Origin: Nageia nagi
Lineage: Eukaryota; Plantae; Pinophyta
Direction of reading: 5' to 3'
NCBI GenBank assembly: GCA_050084985.1
Contig: JBITNC010000001.1
Span: 123,380,001 to 123,444,000 of the forward strand
Length of the DNA stretch: 64,000 nt
Position numbers and translations under genes: made by a program. This document shows positions 40,597 through 54,789 of the stretch, piece after piece; the first letter of the stretch is position 1; each line of letters starts with the position of its first letter. Under the pieces are notes generated by a model, which had not been told where the DNA came from, searched no databases, and worked only from the letters and a program-made list of their open reading frames with translations.

Positions 40597-40830
40597 AATA
40601 TATGTTGAAAGGACTCATGAATTGTTTTACAAGATGCATGATGAGGTTAGTTTTATGGAATGTGAGATGATAGGATAGACAAAAAATAGATATATTGAAA
40701 TGTGTTGTGAATTATTTGATAAGATGCACGATCCGTATAGAATTTTATTGAACACAATGCTCTAATAGTGGAGGTTGTTCCACCTATTATTTTGACAAGA
40801 TGCATGATGTATATGATGGTAATAATTGAA
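40597..40830 (+). pseudogene. PLS-class PPR fragments (S-type motifs)
   Basis: YVERTHELFYKMHD...KNRYIEMCCELFDKMHDP...FDKMHDV resembles A.ELFDKMH/P..VVSW..MI.GY.QNG. Confidence 0.75.
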
Positions 40831-40984
40831 ACCAATTGGTGTTCTATTTATAATGATAAATGTTAGCTAATTTCTAATGTGGATGGTTCATAAGACTCCA
40901 ATAATGGACTATTCCAAGGCATAAACAAAAGTCATCGATGGGAAAATTGGGTTTCAAAATCCCATAGTAGGGAATGCCTTCAAC

Positions 40985-41170
40985 ATAATAACATGCTTCT
41001 TTTAATATCATTGTTCCATACAATTCAATGAAAAGAGATTAGTGGTGGTTCAGGGTCACCTCTAGGAAAATAACATGCTTTTATAATATCATGGTCCCAT
41101 AGTATTTAGTGGGGAGAGAATGGTAGGGATTGAATTTGGTCTCTTTTGTGAAAATAATATGCTTTCTTAA
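40985..41170 (-). repeat. ~83-bp tandem modules with tRNA-like boxes
   Basis: aataa(c/t)atgctt recurs at ~40987, 41069 and 41153. Minus strand reads aagcat(g/a)ttattttc..agag..gacc(aaatt)caatccc. Confidence 0.5.
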
Positions 41171-43167
41171 TATATCTCTATGCAATGGATATAGATTTAT
41201 TATATTTAATAAAATCAACAATGTTTGAAATTTTTTATTTTATAACTTATACATTTTTAATTTTAAGCATATGGTTGGCTCAAGTACAATAGAACCATTA
41301 ACAATATGGAATAATACTATCCTACTATCCTATCATTGTACAACATTTATGAATGTAAGTTGGTGTTAACAATGTTGTAAATTTTATATATAAGTAAATG
41401 GTAGAGCTTCGTAGGTGTAAATATATTTAGGAATAAAGTAATACTAAATAATATTTTATTAACACTTAAAATGTAATAATTTTTAAATATTGTTTTATTT
41501 ACTTATATAATATAAAAGAAATATCATCATAGTATAAATCATATGGATGAATGTATAATATCTCCTACATCAAAATCCTTGTTCTCCATTCTTATAATTA
41601 TGTCATCCTTATTATTTTTTTCAAAAAAGATTATGTAAATACCTAATTCTATTTTTCTATTTATTTGAAAAATATAATTTAATATCATGAAATGTTAGAT
41701 GTCTTGGGAGAATACTAGGTGTGAAAACTCTTAAAAAATATAAATAGAGTGTCATGTTGAAATCTCAATACCTACATGATAGTGATATGTCTCAAAATAC
41801 AACATAACGATGATATGTCACAATTTTTGAACCTCTATATGAAAGGGTTTAGCCCTTTCAACACCCCTTGTTAACTAAATAAAAAAAAAATCACAATTTA
41901 GGTATCTTAAAGGAATCAATTACATTAAGATAATTTCAATAAAGGTTATCCTAATTTAAGATAAATTAGGTTAATTTGCTCTTGTTTTGTTTCTTTTGTA
42001 AGTTATAAAAGGAAGTCTCAAATGCATTTTTAAATCTTCAATTCTCTTAGTGATAAAGTGTTCTATTAAGAATGATTCAAGATCTTCCTCTTTGGCATGC
42101 TTTTAAATATCTAAATATCATCATTTCAAATCTAAGATATCAAAAAAATATATTGCAAATTATTGAGGCAAATTGGTGAGTATTTTAAACCAAATTAGTT
42201 AATTACAAGAATAATAAGGGAGATCAGATTGAAGAGATAACATCTTGAACTCATTGGCCTACCTTTAAAATTCATTAAATTTTGAATATTACCTCAAATA
42301 AGCTTTACCTTGATCCTATTTTAGGCTATAAGGTAAACCTTAACCTTCTTCTTACAAGTTATTCAACTTTTAAAATTTTCTTAGGTTGTTATTTCAATTT
42401 ACTATGTTCTATATTTGTTTGATACAAGTATATTCATGCATATTTTAAGATCTTCCTTCATTTCAATCTTGATTTTTATTTATAATAAATTTTAGGGAGC
42501 TTGATCATCATTATGGTTAATCATAATTCCTATGAAATTTGAGAAAATCATAAAACCCCTCAAAACCATTTAATTTTCATGTATATCTTAAGAAGTACTT
42601 GGTAACTCAATTCAAAAGGTTAGAGATCATAAAAAAGGTGCATGGAATCTTATTTTTTTTTAATTAGGGTAAAGATGTTTTTTAAAAGGATCCCCAAAAC
42701 CATTCACAAAGTAAGAGAAAGATTTTTAATGTAATCCAAAATAAGTTGATCAAGAACATAAAAAAGTTATATATATGTCCAAAAATAAGATAGAAAAACA
42801 TTATTTTCTAGCTTTTTATGGAACAAATTTGAACAAGGGTTTTAAAGCTTTGACAGATTTTGTAGACATGAGATTATTAGAATGTCCTTGTTTAGCTTCT
42901 AATATTTTTTGTAAGAGTGAACTATTTATTATTTTCTTGACATCTCAAGCTTATCTTTTGAAACATACTTCTTTAAAAGACTAGATTATTATAGTTTCAT
43001 TTATAATAAATATTCACCTCTTCTTCATTTATTCCTTTGTCCATAAGTTATTCATTTGAGAAGTAATATTTTTGAGGTAGTTATTTTCAGATCAAAGATT
43101 TTCCTTTAGAATATACGAATGAAAACTTATCTCCTCCTATAACAAGAGTGGATTGAGTGCACTTAGC

Positions 43168-43267
43168 NNNNNNNNNNNNNNNNNNNNNNNNNNNNNNNNN
43201 NNNNNNNNNNNNNNNNNNNNNNNNNNNNNNNNNNNNNNNNNNNNNNNNNNNNNNNNNNNNNNNNNNN
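43168..43267. other. Assembly gap (100 N)
   Basis: Run of N. Confidence 1.
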
Positions 43268-44080
43268 ATTAGGATCAAAAATTTATTGAAGAAAAAATAT
43301 TTCCATTCATAGATGCACATATTCATGAAAAGCAATGAATCCCTATTCTAGGATTTTTCTCAAAATGGGAGGGTTTATTTTATACATCCAAAATGGGTAT
43401 AAAGATGTTAAATATTTTAACTCCCCCCTAATATTAACCTAAGTGGGGAACTAAACCAATCATAATAATCATATACAAAGAATGACCTATAAAAGGAGAG
43501 ACAAAAAATAACATCTTCTAAAACATACATGTAATCATTACTTGAAGATATAGTAGTAAACATTAGAGGAATAATCAACATCATATGTGTGTATGATATC
43601 ATCATTTCAATAATCAATACCATATTCATGGATAACAATTGTCAAAGTAGAACTAAGCATCTCATTCATGGACTTATTCGCTAACAATCCATTTTAAAAG
43701 ATATAGCAATAAAAACTAAGAATGAAATTAATATAATATACATATATTGTTATGGAAACAAAATTAACTTTATTCATAGATACATATCATCATAGTATGA
43801 CCTAACCCATTCATGGATGCAAACATATGATTATAGAGATAATAATCATAGTAATGGTTAGTTCATACCCAACCAACAAAAGGTGATCATAACATATTAG
43901 GATCACATAATTATTGAAGAAAAAATATATTCCATTCATAGATGCACATATTCATGTAAGCAATGAACTCCCTATTCTAGGATGTCTCATAATGGTGATG
44001 GTTATTTATACATCCACAATGGGTATAAAGATGTTAAATATTTTAACTCACCCCTAATATTAACCTAAGTGTGAACTAAA
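43268..44080. repeat. ~190-bp diverged direct repeat (43268-43455 and ~43896-44080)
   Basis: attaggatca...ccattcatagatgcacatattcatg...taatattaacctaagtg occurs twice. Confidence 0.85.
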
Positions 44081-45119
44081 CAAATATTAACATTAATGAT
44101 ATATCAATAAAAAAGTGAAATAATAATAAATAATAATAATATAAAGTACTTTAATAAATATGCAGATATATAGATAGAGGACTTAGATTATTGGATTAGA
44201 TCTATAATTAACCAATTGTATTAAGAAAGAGATTTAGAAAAATAAATACCTATCATGTTACCTTGATGATTAGAGTGATATACATATCAAAACTTATTGA
44301 TAATGTAGATACCAATATTATGAACCTATTAGATAAATGAGATATAATGATCAATGTTCATAATCATGCTAGGTATGACATTCACACTTAAAGAAATGTT
44401 AACCTTAGGATACCCACAATTAATTTTCACAACCAAAATCTAATAATAGTATAATGATTGACAAGCCTAATATAACATATAATATCAAAATAACATAATG
44501 GTAGAGTTTATGTGATATCAAATCTCAATTTCAATATGTGGTGTTAAAGAACACTTAAAAGTAGTATTGAGTGTGACTATCGAGATAAAGATATGATAGC
44601 CTCATGTAGATCAATCCTTATTAGACTAAAAAAGGCCTTTGGTTCCATTTATAAATTTCCACCTAAGGCCTTTACTGATGGTTATTTCATCATCATCTAT
44701 GGGGGTTCCATCAAAATTCAATCTCTTGTGGTGGTAATTTCTAACCACTACCATATGGTTATTTAAATTGTCATCTAAAGTCCTATAGAGGTGGGTATAA
44801 ACTGCCATAATTTTGGGTCAATTTTAAATTATCATATTAAAACTTAAGAGGGTGGTTTATAACTACCAATTAATAATTTATTTAAGAAAAAAGGTGTATC
44901 TTAGAAGAATTCTTATAATGGAATAATGCATACATATTCAAGCTATGCCATCCTTGATTACCCAAGGAACCTATGCTTAATCATACTACTTGCCATGTAA
45001 TCTTAAATGATGTCCCAACAGAACTAGATCACTGATTAATCATTTACCTTGCTATCCTAGTGTATGACTAGTGGCACTCAAAAGAACACCTAACAATACC
45101 TCTATAGTGGTCCATTCTA

Positions 45120-46280
45120 TGGATATGAAATGATCCAAGTGCACCATATGAAATGATCTAAATGCACCAACATATGATATGAAATTGTCTAAGTACATCA
45201 TAAGATTTGAAATGTTCCTAATGTACCATATATATAATATGAAATTATATAAGTTCTCTATATAATATTAAATGAGCTAAGTGCACCATATATATGATAT
45301 AAAATGATTTAAAAACTAGTGCTAAAGTGTTAAGTTATCAAAAACATGCTTGTAATGTTTATACAAACAAAAAAAAATGTGGTTCTCAAGTGGATGATAT
45401 ATTGTATTATACAAAATGATGAGATGAAAATAATGGAATATGTTGTGGGTTTCTTCATTATCTAGCTTGTATTAGAACTTTTTAACAAATAAAATATGAC
45501 ACATTATATGAATTGATTTATATACAACATATATGGTCTAAAAACTAGCTTGGATTTAGAGAAACCAACTGGTCAACCCAAAATAAATTTAAGTATCAAA
45601 AACCAGTCCAAAATTGATAATTTGGCACAAACATGCTTGTACTACTTAGCCAAATATAAAAATAAATATATGGTTCCCTAGTAGATATCATGTTGTATAT
45701 AATATAATGAAGGGATGAAAATAATGGAATATGTAATGGGTTCCCTCATTTACTGGCCTGTATCAAAACATTTTTATAAATAAATTATGATGTGTGATAT
45801 GAAATTCTTTAAATACACCATATGATATAAAAATAGGCTTAGAGAAGGAAAGAAACTATTCAAACCATAAATTTTATATCAAAAATTAGTCAAAAACTAG
45901 TAAGTTAGCAAAAACATGATTGTAATACTTAGCCAAACATAGAAAAATATGTGGTTCCCAAGTTGATGTCATGTTGTAAATATAGAATGATGAGATGAAA
46001 ATAATGGAACTTAATAAAGCTCCTCCATTTCCTAGTCTATATAAAATTTAAATTATAAATTAGTTATGATATGTGATATTAAATGATTTAAATATACCAT
46101 ATGATCCAAAAACTATTTTGGAGAAGGAAAGCAATTATTGAACCAAAAATATTTCTAAATGTCAAAACCCAATCTAGAAGTGATAAGTTGGCCTCATCCA
46201 CCATATATTTTGAACTGATGTAACTATATCATATGTTATAGAATGATTTAAATACACTACATGATATGAAAAAATGATAC
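45120..46280. repeat. Short tandem repeats (atatgaaatgat.taa.tgcaccat) followed by three ~300-bp diverged units
   Basis: atgaaaataatggaa at ~45424, ~45716 and ~45995; acatg.ttgta and tggttc.c.ag recur with the same period. Confidence 0.75.
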
Positions 46281-46878
46281 AAGATTATCTAAGTATCTTT
46301 GAAACCTTATGAAGTACAATAATTAGGCTTCCATTTGAAAAAGTACTTGGATCTAGTCTTTTGAGATGTAATTTTTGGCCCAATTTCTTGTTGTTGGCAC
46401 TTAAATCACTTGTAAAATTTTATTATAATTTATGTTTGATAAATACTCTAAAGTTAGAAAATATTTTAAATACCAATAACTAGTATATTGGACCAAAAAG
46501 TCCATACATAAGGACCTTGTAATTATTTGACAAGCACAATGGCATGGTGCATGCTTTCAAGTAATGCAACTACACCATATAATATAATTGCACCATATAA
46601 AAGAGTCTTGAATAATTACATTAAAATTCAACAAAAATTGATATTATATAAAATCAAGGACAAATATGAAAATACACAAACATATGATATGAAAATCAAC
46701 TATAAATAAGAACCAACATTACAACTATAAGTCTAATTCAATTATACATATCCAAGCATGTCACATATATAAAGTGTGTTATATATCCAAGTATGTTGCA
46801 TCAAAACTATTCCTTGCAATTATGTTTAACTTATATTTAACATCTAAAAAGAACTTAACATAAGATCTAAAAAATAAT

Positions 46879-48300
46879 CTATGGATAGAGAGGAGTTTTT
46901 AGAGCTTCTTGTAAGGAGGATGAAAACATTGAAAAACAAGGTCTTGTTTTTGTGGCCATATTATTTTTGCTTCTTAACAAGATTTTTTCCCCTATATTGA
47001 TGATAATAAAACTAAATTTTGAGTAACTTTTAGATTTTTCAAGCTCAATACTAATCACCTTGCCTTCATCCAATATGATACGAATCACTATTGGCATTTT
47101 TGATGATGTCTCTTTTGGTGTTTTTTTAGATATTGGTGGTATCTTTTGTAATAGTTTTTTGAAGACATTCACCATTAAAACAATATTTGTATTTGAAAAG
47201 ATGTTAAATATTACAAAGATCAATTTAAATACACAAGGCTCAAGAATTATTTGATAAGATTCATTATGCAAACATAGTTTCATCAACTACAATGACTATA
47301 AGATATGCATAAAATGGATTTTATAAAAATACTCTAGCATTATGCAACACAAATCAATATAATGCAATGATTATAATGCATTTATTAAATATTCTACATA
47401 TTATGTTATACTTTTAAAGACTCATGCATAAGTAGGTAATTGCATTTCAAACATGAAGAATATTCTTATGGAGATTATTGGTGATGTAAACTAATGCAAG
47501 ATCTAAAGATTCTTGTGTAATGATTTGGTTCATGCTTTGGGGTAGCTAAAAATCATGTTTCATTTCATTTTTTCAAAAAATAATATTAATTAATATTTAT
47601 ATGAATAGAAAATGTTGTTGATGATTACAACAAGTAAGTCTTCAATGTAGTTGGATTAAAGTTGAAAAAAGGGTATATGCATTTTTGACCTTCTTAGCCA
47701 TGCATGCTATTGAGGAAATTTAGAAAAACCATAACATTTGATTGATAAAATGTAACGTAGAGACACACCATATTTTTTAGGAATATTTTACAAATATAGA
47801 GTGAATAACTAGATAAGGAGATGAAAGAAATACAAATATGAAAGGAGAAATACTTGAAGCTAGAAAGAAAAATACTCAACAAATAATAAATGTTAAGGAA
47901 CACCATCTAGACTCTTGTGTTGGGAATGGCACCTCATATTCTCCACAATATTTGTATAGCTATAATAAAAATGAAAATAACTTCATACATGTTTAACAAT
48001 GTTGAAAGAAATAAACACAACAAAGCTAATTGTATAATAAAAAAATTGGTTATTTATACATTCTCTACAACCTTGATATAATGGAGAAATACCTCAACAC
48101 CTTTGTAGGAACCTTAATATTTTGATTATTTTCAAAATGATGATTGAATTTCCAATGAGATTAATCATATTTTAGGAAATCTTCCATATTTGAATCCATG
48201 GTGGTGCATGCCTCCAATGTATATTGCTCAAAATTAGATGGTTATTCTACATGCAAATAAAATTATTATATGTTGGGTCAATTCTAGTAAAAATAGGTAC
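46879..48300 (-). mobile_element. Degenerate hAT-like transposase remnants
   Basis: ILDEGK...LEKSKSYSKF...ATKTRPCF resembles LEDIGK..KAK.I.KFI...P.VTRF. A WW..YG..P-like stretch lies near 47920-47950, and NQIITQESLDLALVYITNNL resembles the hAT dimerisation motif RNRL...DLVYV..NL. Confidence 0.4.
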
Positions 48301-48589
48301 TCACATTGAACCTCTTGAAAACCAAGAGTTTTCATATTTTGGCACCTTTGACATGGAAATATAATTATTTTATATTCCATTGAATTATGTTTTGCAAATT
48401 TAATGAATTATTCATTCCTAATAACATAAATGTCACTATTTCTAGTTGCGTATATCCAAGATTTATGTATAATGTTTGATAGAAAATATCTTTAAATTAT
48501 CCATATCATAGATAAATTAAAATTTAATTAGTATCCATGCTAAGAAAAGAAACTATTTTCTACATAAATATATATTTATATGGGGCCAT

Positions 48590-50510
48590 TATAAAGATAA
48601 CATTGAAAGAGTGTCCTATCTCCATGTAGAAATATGAATTGGGTGTGTGGATTTGTCTACTTGGTGAATTAGTACTTGAATATGATATAGACATTCATCA
48701 AAGAGTAGTTAAAAATGATATTTCATAAAATGATATAGTTTTGAATTACATGATAGGAATGTATGTAAAATATATGGAAGAATACACAAAGCCTAGGAAT
48801 TATTTAACAATATGCATGATGTAGATATAGTTTCATGGAATATAATGATCGTAGGATATGCACAAAATGGGTTTTTTAGAAAGGTTCAAGAGAATTTTAA
48901 GAAAATATAATTGTTAGATGTAAATCACAACTTTTTAATCTTTTCCATCATTATTTTATAATATGCCATCATAGGATCTTTAAATGAAGGTATGGACATA
49001 CATCAAAGAGTAGTTGAAAATGATTTTGCATTGAATATTATGGTTTTAACTTCCCTAAAATATATGTATACAAAATATATATCTAGTTTCATATAATTAA
49101 AGGATTATATGATATTCAATTCATGGCTACAATACTTGGATGCCCTTAAACTCTTTGATTTGCTAAAGCACTTGGGAACATAGTGCAGATTCCTACAAGA
49201 GATCAAAATAAATCTCTAAAAAAATCAATTCACATAACAAGCAAATTAATGGAAGAATAAAATCAAAAATAATTATTTATTCTTTTCAATATACATTACC
49301 TTTTTAGGTCTATTACAATAGGTAATATAGAAATAAGGAAACTCCCACTTAAAAAAATAATGAATAGTTTAGAAACCAGGACATTACTAAAAATAGAAAG
49401 TTTCTAAAGATAGAAAGCTTCTAAAAATAGAAAGTTTCTTGAATTGTAACCAATATTGGTGTAAAATACCATTTAAAATGTACTAAGGTGCTCCCCAATT
49501 TATTCTTCTAAAAAAATTCTACAACAAAAAGATATTAAAGTCTACTTATTGGAAATTCTTGAAAATTGACACTAAAAGCTAATTTTGGGGCACTAAATGA
49601 TGGATTTAGGCCAATTAGAAAACTTCCATTTGGGGTAATTACTCTCTTGGGAGGTGAAATTCTAATCATGAAAACCCATATGCAGCTCTCCTCAAAATTT
49701 CAAGATAATCTAATAGTTGGATCAAAAGTTATGATCATTTGAAGGTGCATCTAAACAAACCTTGACAACATAACCTTTGTATGTATTCTACTTGCATGCA
49801 ACCATGTAGGTCTAGTGGAATGAGGGTTGTAAATATTTTAATAGTATGAGTGAATCTTATAACATTATTATTGGGATGAATCATTAAACATGATTGCTGA
49901 CCTTCTTGTCCATGCAGACTATATTGAGGGAGCTTCGAACTTAATTGCCAAAAACACCCATAAACCCTAAATTAGGTGTGTGAATGTGTGTACTTGGCAC
50001 TTGTAAATTTAGTATTATTGTTATTTAATTATATATTGAATAATATTTAAAATTAATTACAATAATACCTATAAACCTTGAATTGGATGTGTGTATGTAT
50101 GTACTTTGTGCTCGTAAATCAAATATATTATGGTTCATGAAGGCTATATTAAGAGAGCTTTATGACTTTGCTTACCAAAATACCCATAAACCTTGAATTG
50201 GGTGTGTGTATGTGTCAACTTGGTGGTTATAAATTGAATGTTATGGTTGTGAGTGTGGAAATATATGAAAAATATAGAACAAGACACAAGACTCATGAAT
50301 TGTTTGACAAGATGTATAATGTATACATAATTTTATGGTTTATAATGATTGTAGGATATATAATTTATTTTTTGAAAATAGATCATATACATATGAAAAA
50401 TGTGGAAGAATACACAAAACATAAGATTTGTTTTATAAGATGTATTATCCAAACATAGTTTCATGGTTTGAACTAATTGCAAGATACACATAAAATAAGA
50501 TTTCTAAAAA
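48590..50510 (+). pseudogene. PLS-E class PPR pseudogene cluster, scrambled, interrupted by a solo LTR
   Basis: DIHQRVV..GRIHKA*ELFNNMHDVDIVSWNIMIVGYAQNGF..GMDIHQRVVEND..DALKLFDLLKHLGT|NLDNITFVCILLACNHVGLVE.GCKYFNSMSESY..DLLVHADYIE..PINPKLGV*MCVLG. Extra E-motif and S-motif copies follow (ORF 50162-50458; YEKCGRIHK..LF.KM..PNIVSW). Confidence 0.88.
49181..49752. mobile_element. Solo-LTR-like insertion splitting the PPR frame
   Basis: PPR frame G-T | N-L-D-N-I-T-F resumes exactly after the insert. TSD gaaca/aaaca; decayed terminal inverted repeat tagtgca...tgcatct. Confidence 0.75.
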
Positions 50511-51899
50511 AAGTAGAAAAATACAAGTTCACAAACCAAAAGAATACATATTTATCTTACATAGTGTCTCATATTATCTCCCCTCATCTCACTACATATC
50601 TCTTTCTCTCTCTTCATTATATGTCATCTCCTCTTGTATCACCTCTACAAAATTCCCTTGCTCTCCTCTAACCACTCACTTAGTTGGCAAGCTTGAAAAA
50701 CTCAAAATGATAGAAAATTGTAAGTGCTTGCCTAGATTCCGTATGTGTACCTTTTAGTAAATTTTTTTGGTTTTCATTATAGGGTAATTTTAAAGCTACC
50801 TTATTATATTTTTTGGAGGAAACTTCTAACCAATCCACCTCATGAAAATCACCACTAAAATCTTAATGTGAGGTGATTAAAAATTGTCTCAAATTACCCA
50901 CCTCTAAATCCTATTTCTGGTCTAGTGCCTTCATTTGAAGGCAATAAAACTATCATACTACATATATTGAGGCTAGCATTGATGATTGGATACCTTGCAT
51001 AAAAAAAGAAAAATTCTACATGAGAAGACATTCATAATGATCAATAATAAGATATAACATACAACAATATAATATAACATCACATTTAATAAGTACACTT
51101 AAGGATGGAAAAATTAAGGAACAAAAAGATCCTTCATGAAAATTTATATGTGGATTATTGATGCCTTGCTTATTGGATTTACTTGTAAAACCTTAATGAA
51201 TTTTGATGTAATATATGTATCTTTCTTAAAACTTGATAAATTATTGAAAAGAAATATTTGATGTTACCTGTTAACATTATAGTATTTCTCTATTGCATTA
51301 TTTTTAGTAAATTAGAATTGATTTTTTTATGAATAAAATAGTATTTCTCTATTGAATTATTTTTATTTATTTTTTTATTTCTAGGTTTCTATAAGTAATC
51401 CTTGCCAAGTAGTTAGTTTTCAAGAATTACTTGTTTATCTACACTTGCAATCTATTTTTCACATGTAAATATTTTTTATTTTTATTGAGAGTGAGAAAGT
51501 CATTTTTATCTCTATAGTTTACCTCATAATTCTAGTTAAATATTCTCACTATGAGACTTCTCACTCTTTTACTTTTGTTTTTAAATTAATTTCAAAATTG
51601 TAAACGTTTCTGCATTAGAATATACAATGCCCATATTTTAGTTTCTATAATTTCTATCTACAAAATTTGAAATGAGAAGGAATGAGAAAATGATAAGTTG
51701 GGATAACATACTTACTTAGACATCTTCTATGTTATTAGTGTTCTATTATACATATTTCATGGAAAATAATTTTATCTTCTTATTTTTCTTATTGCCTTAT
51801 TTGAAATGATTCCTATAGATGTTATTGTTCTAAATTAATATAACTTAACCCCAAGCTAAGAAAAAATTGATTCATATTGATACTTTGTTATCCCTAAGG

Positions 51900-53087
51900 T
51901 ATGTTATAGTATTAATTGATAGCAATCCCTATGAATGAACTATGATTAAACTATATCTCAATAGCTTTGGTTAAGTATCAGAGACTATATTAAAAATATT
52001 TTGCTTCTCTATACTGAATCTAAGTGGCTAAACTTGATTCTTTTGGAAATCAACATCATTGGCTTTTTTTCATTCTTAGTATTTATTTCTTGAGATTTAT
52101 TTGATACTTAGTACTCTAAGATTATTTACATTATTCTTGAATCTTTGTTGATGATTAGTAGTATTCTAGAGGAATATCATCAACATTTATTATATAGAAA
52201 TAATAATATTGATATTTTATTTCTATATTTTTATTTTTCTCTCTTTTTTTTTTTTCTACAAATGATTTCCTCTAATTTTTTGGTTTTCAATAATCACTTA
52301 TTTATTTTTACCAATAAGATAGTTTTTATAAATGAATTCATTTTATCAAAGATAGAGAACCAATTATGAATTGTTTCCATCTTCATCATTATTATTGTAG
52401 AACCTACAATAATTTTCATTGAAATATATTTTCTCTTTTTTATTTTAAAAATAAAAGGAAAGATAAGACAAATCAATGTGGCAAGCACTTAATTTTATCT
52501 TAAGGTTGGTCTTCCTTTTCTTTTTGAGTTATAGATCTTGTTGGATATAGAGCTTTAACCATGTTAATTATATTTTCCTCTTTTTTTGATATATGGACTC
52601 TTTCCATATTTTAGCACATTATGTTCTACCAAATCTTATTCTTTTTGTGGAATTTTCTTTGTCATTGTATGGAAATCATTTTTTATGTAATCTATAACAT
52701 GTGACTTCAAAGTTAGAAAAATAACATTCATAAATATATTATAGATCTCACATTCATCTAACTTACATCTACTATATTGGTATACCTTTTGAAAGTATAA
52801 GTACTCCTAATATCTCTCAAGATCCTTGACTAAGAGAACATAAATCCACCACCTTAAATGTAATATTTGTGTTATTTTTATATTTATCCATGAAGATTTT
52901 GATACTATCATTCAATGAATAAATGAATATATTATGTAACTTGTAGATATACTCACTTGCATCACCATTAAGGCTAAGTTTATGGAAATATAGAACCATT
53001 ATATTTTTCTCACTTCCCAACTTTAGCAAATATTCCTTTCAAAATTTGATGAGATGTTTCCATGATCTCCTTATTTATTGAACACAT

Positions 53088-53158
<71 letters not shown>

Positions 53159-54300
53159 ATATAATATAATCTTCTTATTTTAACTTCCTTATCTTTCCTA
53201 TATATTCTCTTTATTCTAATTGATGAGATCCATATGATCTAACATAATATCATATTGAGCTATAAATAATTAGAGATAATACATAACATATGTATTTTGA
53301 TCCATTACAAAATCATGTGAAAAATGAAAGAATTCATGGTCTGTTTCTCCTCTCAATACAAAAAATTTGGAATAACTCTTGGCCTTCCTTCAAATATTTA
53401 TAATCCCAAAACTCTCTCTAACTAAAATTGAAGAATCAAGAGTAGCAACACAATTTTAAATAGGCTTGGAAATATCTCCAAGATGTCAATTGATGATCCT
53501 GAACCACTCAACTATCTAAACTTTCAATGCCCCTCGAACTTCCACTACCAAATCATCAAAATAAAAGTTGTTATGACTTAAAAACATTAAACTTAGGCTA
53601 TTAATGACATGATTTTTGTCACTAATCACCTCTAAATTTTAATCTTTAATCATTCTCCAAGCACAAATACCTCTAGAATGAGTACTTCTCATGTAGAGAT
53701 CAACTTGATACTATCCAATTCAGATCAAGAGTCTATAGTACATTTTTTGGTAAATTAACATACACTTCATGTTGGTTGATTATAGTATCCTCAACCTTTA
53801 TGAAGATATACTCTTTCATAGTCTTGGTGAAATCAATTTTAATATACATATATTGAGAAGAATGAGATGCATAAAATTATGATGGTTCATCACAAATAAA
53901 CTCCCTAATGAGTGCAACAAAATTGTGTACAAAGGGCTATAGAGTAGTTGGGAGACCATAAAATTCAACCCATATAGGGATAACAATAGTAATATCATTA
54001 GAGACTAAAAATATCCTGGACTAAAGTTCACACAAAAGTAGAGTACTATTAACATAGTAAGGACCTTTACCAAGAACTTGCTTCATATTATCATCATTAG
54101 AAAAATAAATAGAACAAACCTTCTATAGAGGTTCTATACTTGTTTAAGAAAAATTTCATAAGGATTCCAATAACTTTGAATCTAGTTTCTAAGAATTGAA
54201 TCTAAGGGAATCCTTCCAAAAGAGTCTCCTATAATAATGTGACATTAAGACCAATAACATGCATTATTAAACTATTTCAAGAGACTAGTGATATTTGAAG
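51900..54300 (-). mobile_element. Older, highly degraded LINE remnant
   Basis: LKLGSEKNIMVLYFHK (52817-53029) resembles WLK.GD.NT.FFH; endonuclease-like text near 53700-53800. Boundaries uncertain. Confidence 0.45.
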
Positions 54301-54789
54301 CAGATGTATAAACTCATTCTACACCTTGGGGTTGAACTTATGGGGATGCTTGTTTGGTACTAGAAGCATTATTCTTTCTCACACTAGTAGCCTCATCAAA
54401 CATTGAGTTATTAGTTTGATTAAAAATCCATTAAAAATAATAGTACCTCTACCCAAGGTGGATTAATTTTATAAAGGAAAGTAGATCATATCATAATATT
54501 TCCTGCATATATTCTAATGATGGAGTGGTGGTGTCATGAAAAGCAAACTAGATTTGTTTTGCATGCAAGGTTTCGATCCTCTCTAGAGCACTTCCTCATA
54601 GTCACATAATCCAATAAATATTTTAAAATTATGATCTTATTTTTAAATAAATAGTTTTTTTAATAATGATAAACTTCAAATTAAATTATTTCATACAAAT
54701 CTAATTATTTAATTGATTTTTCCATTTAATATTCTAATATAACATTCTTAATTTCTATAATGAACATTTTATTTTTAAACAAATGATCA

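Noticed and set aside
43087-43335. ORF spanning the N run
   Set aside because: Artefact of the assembly gap.
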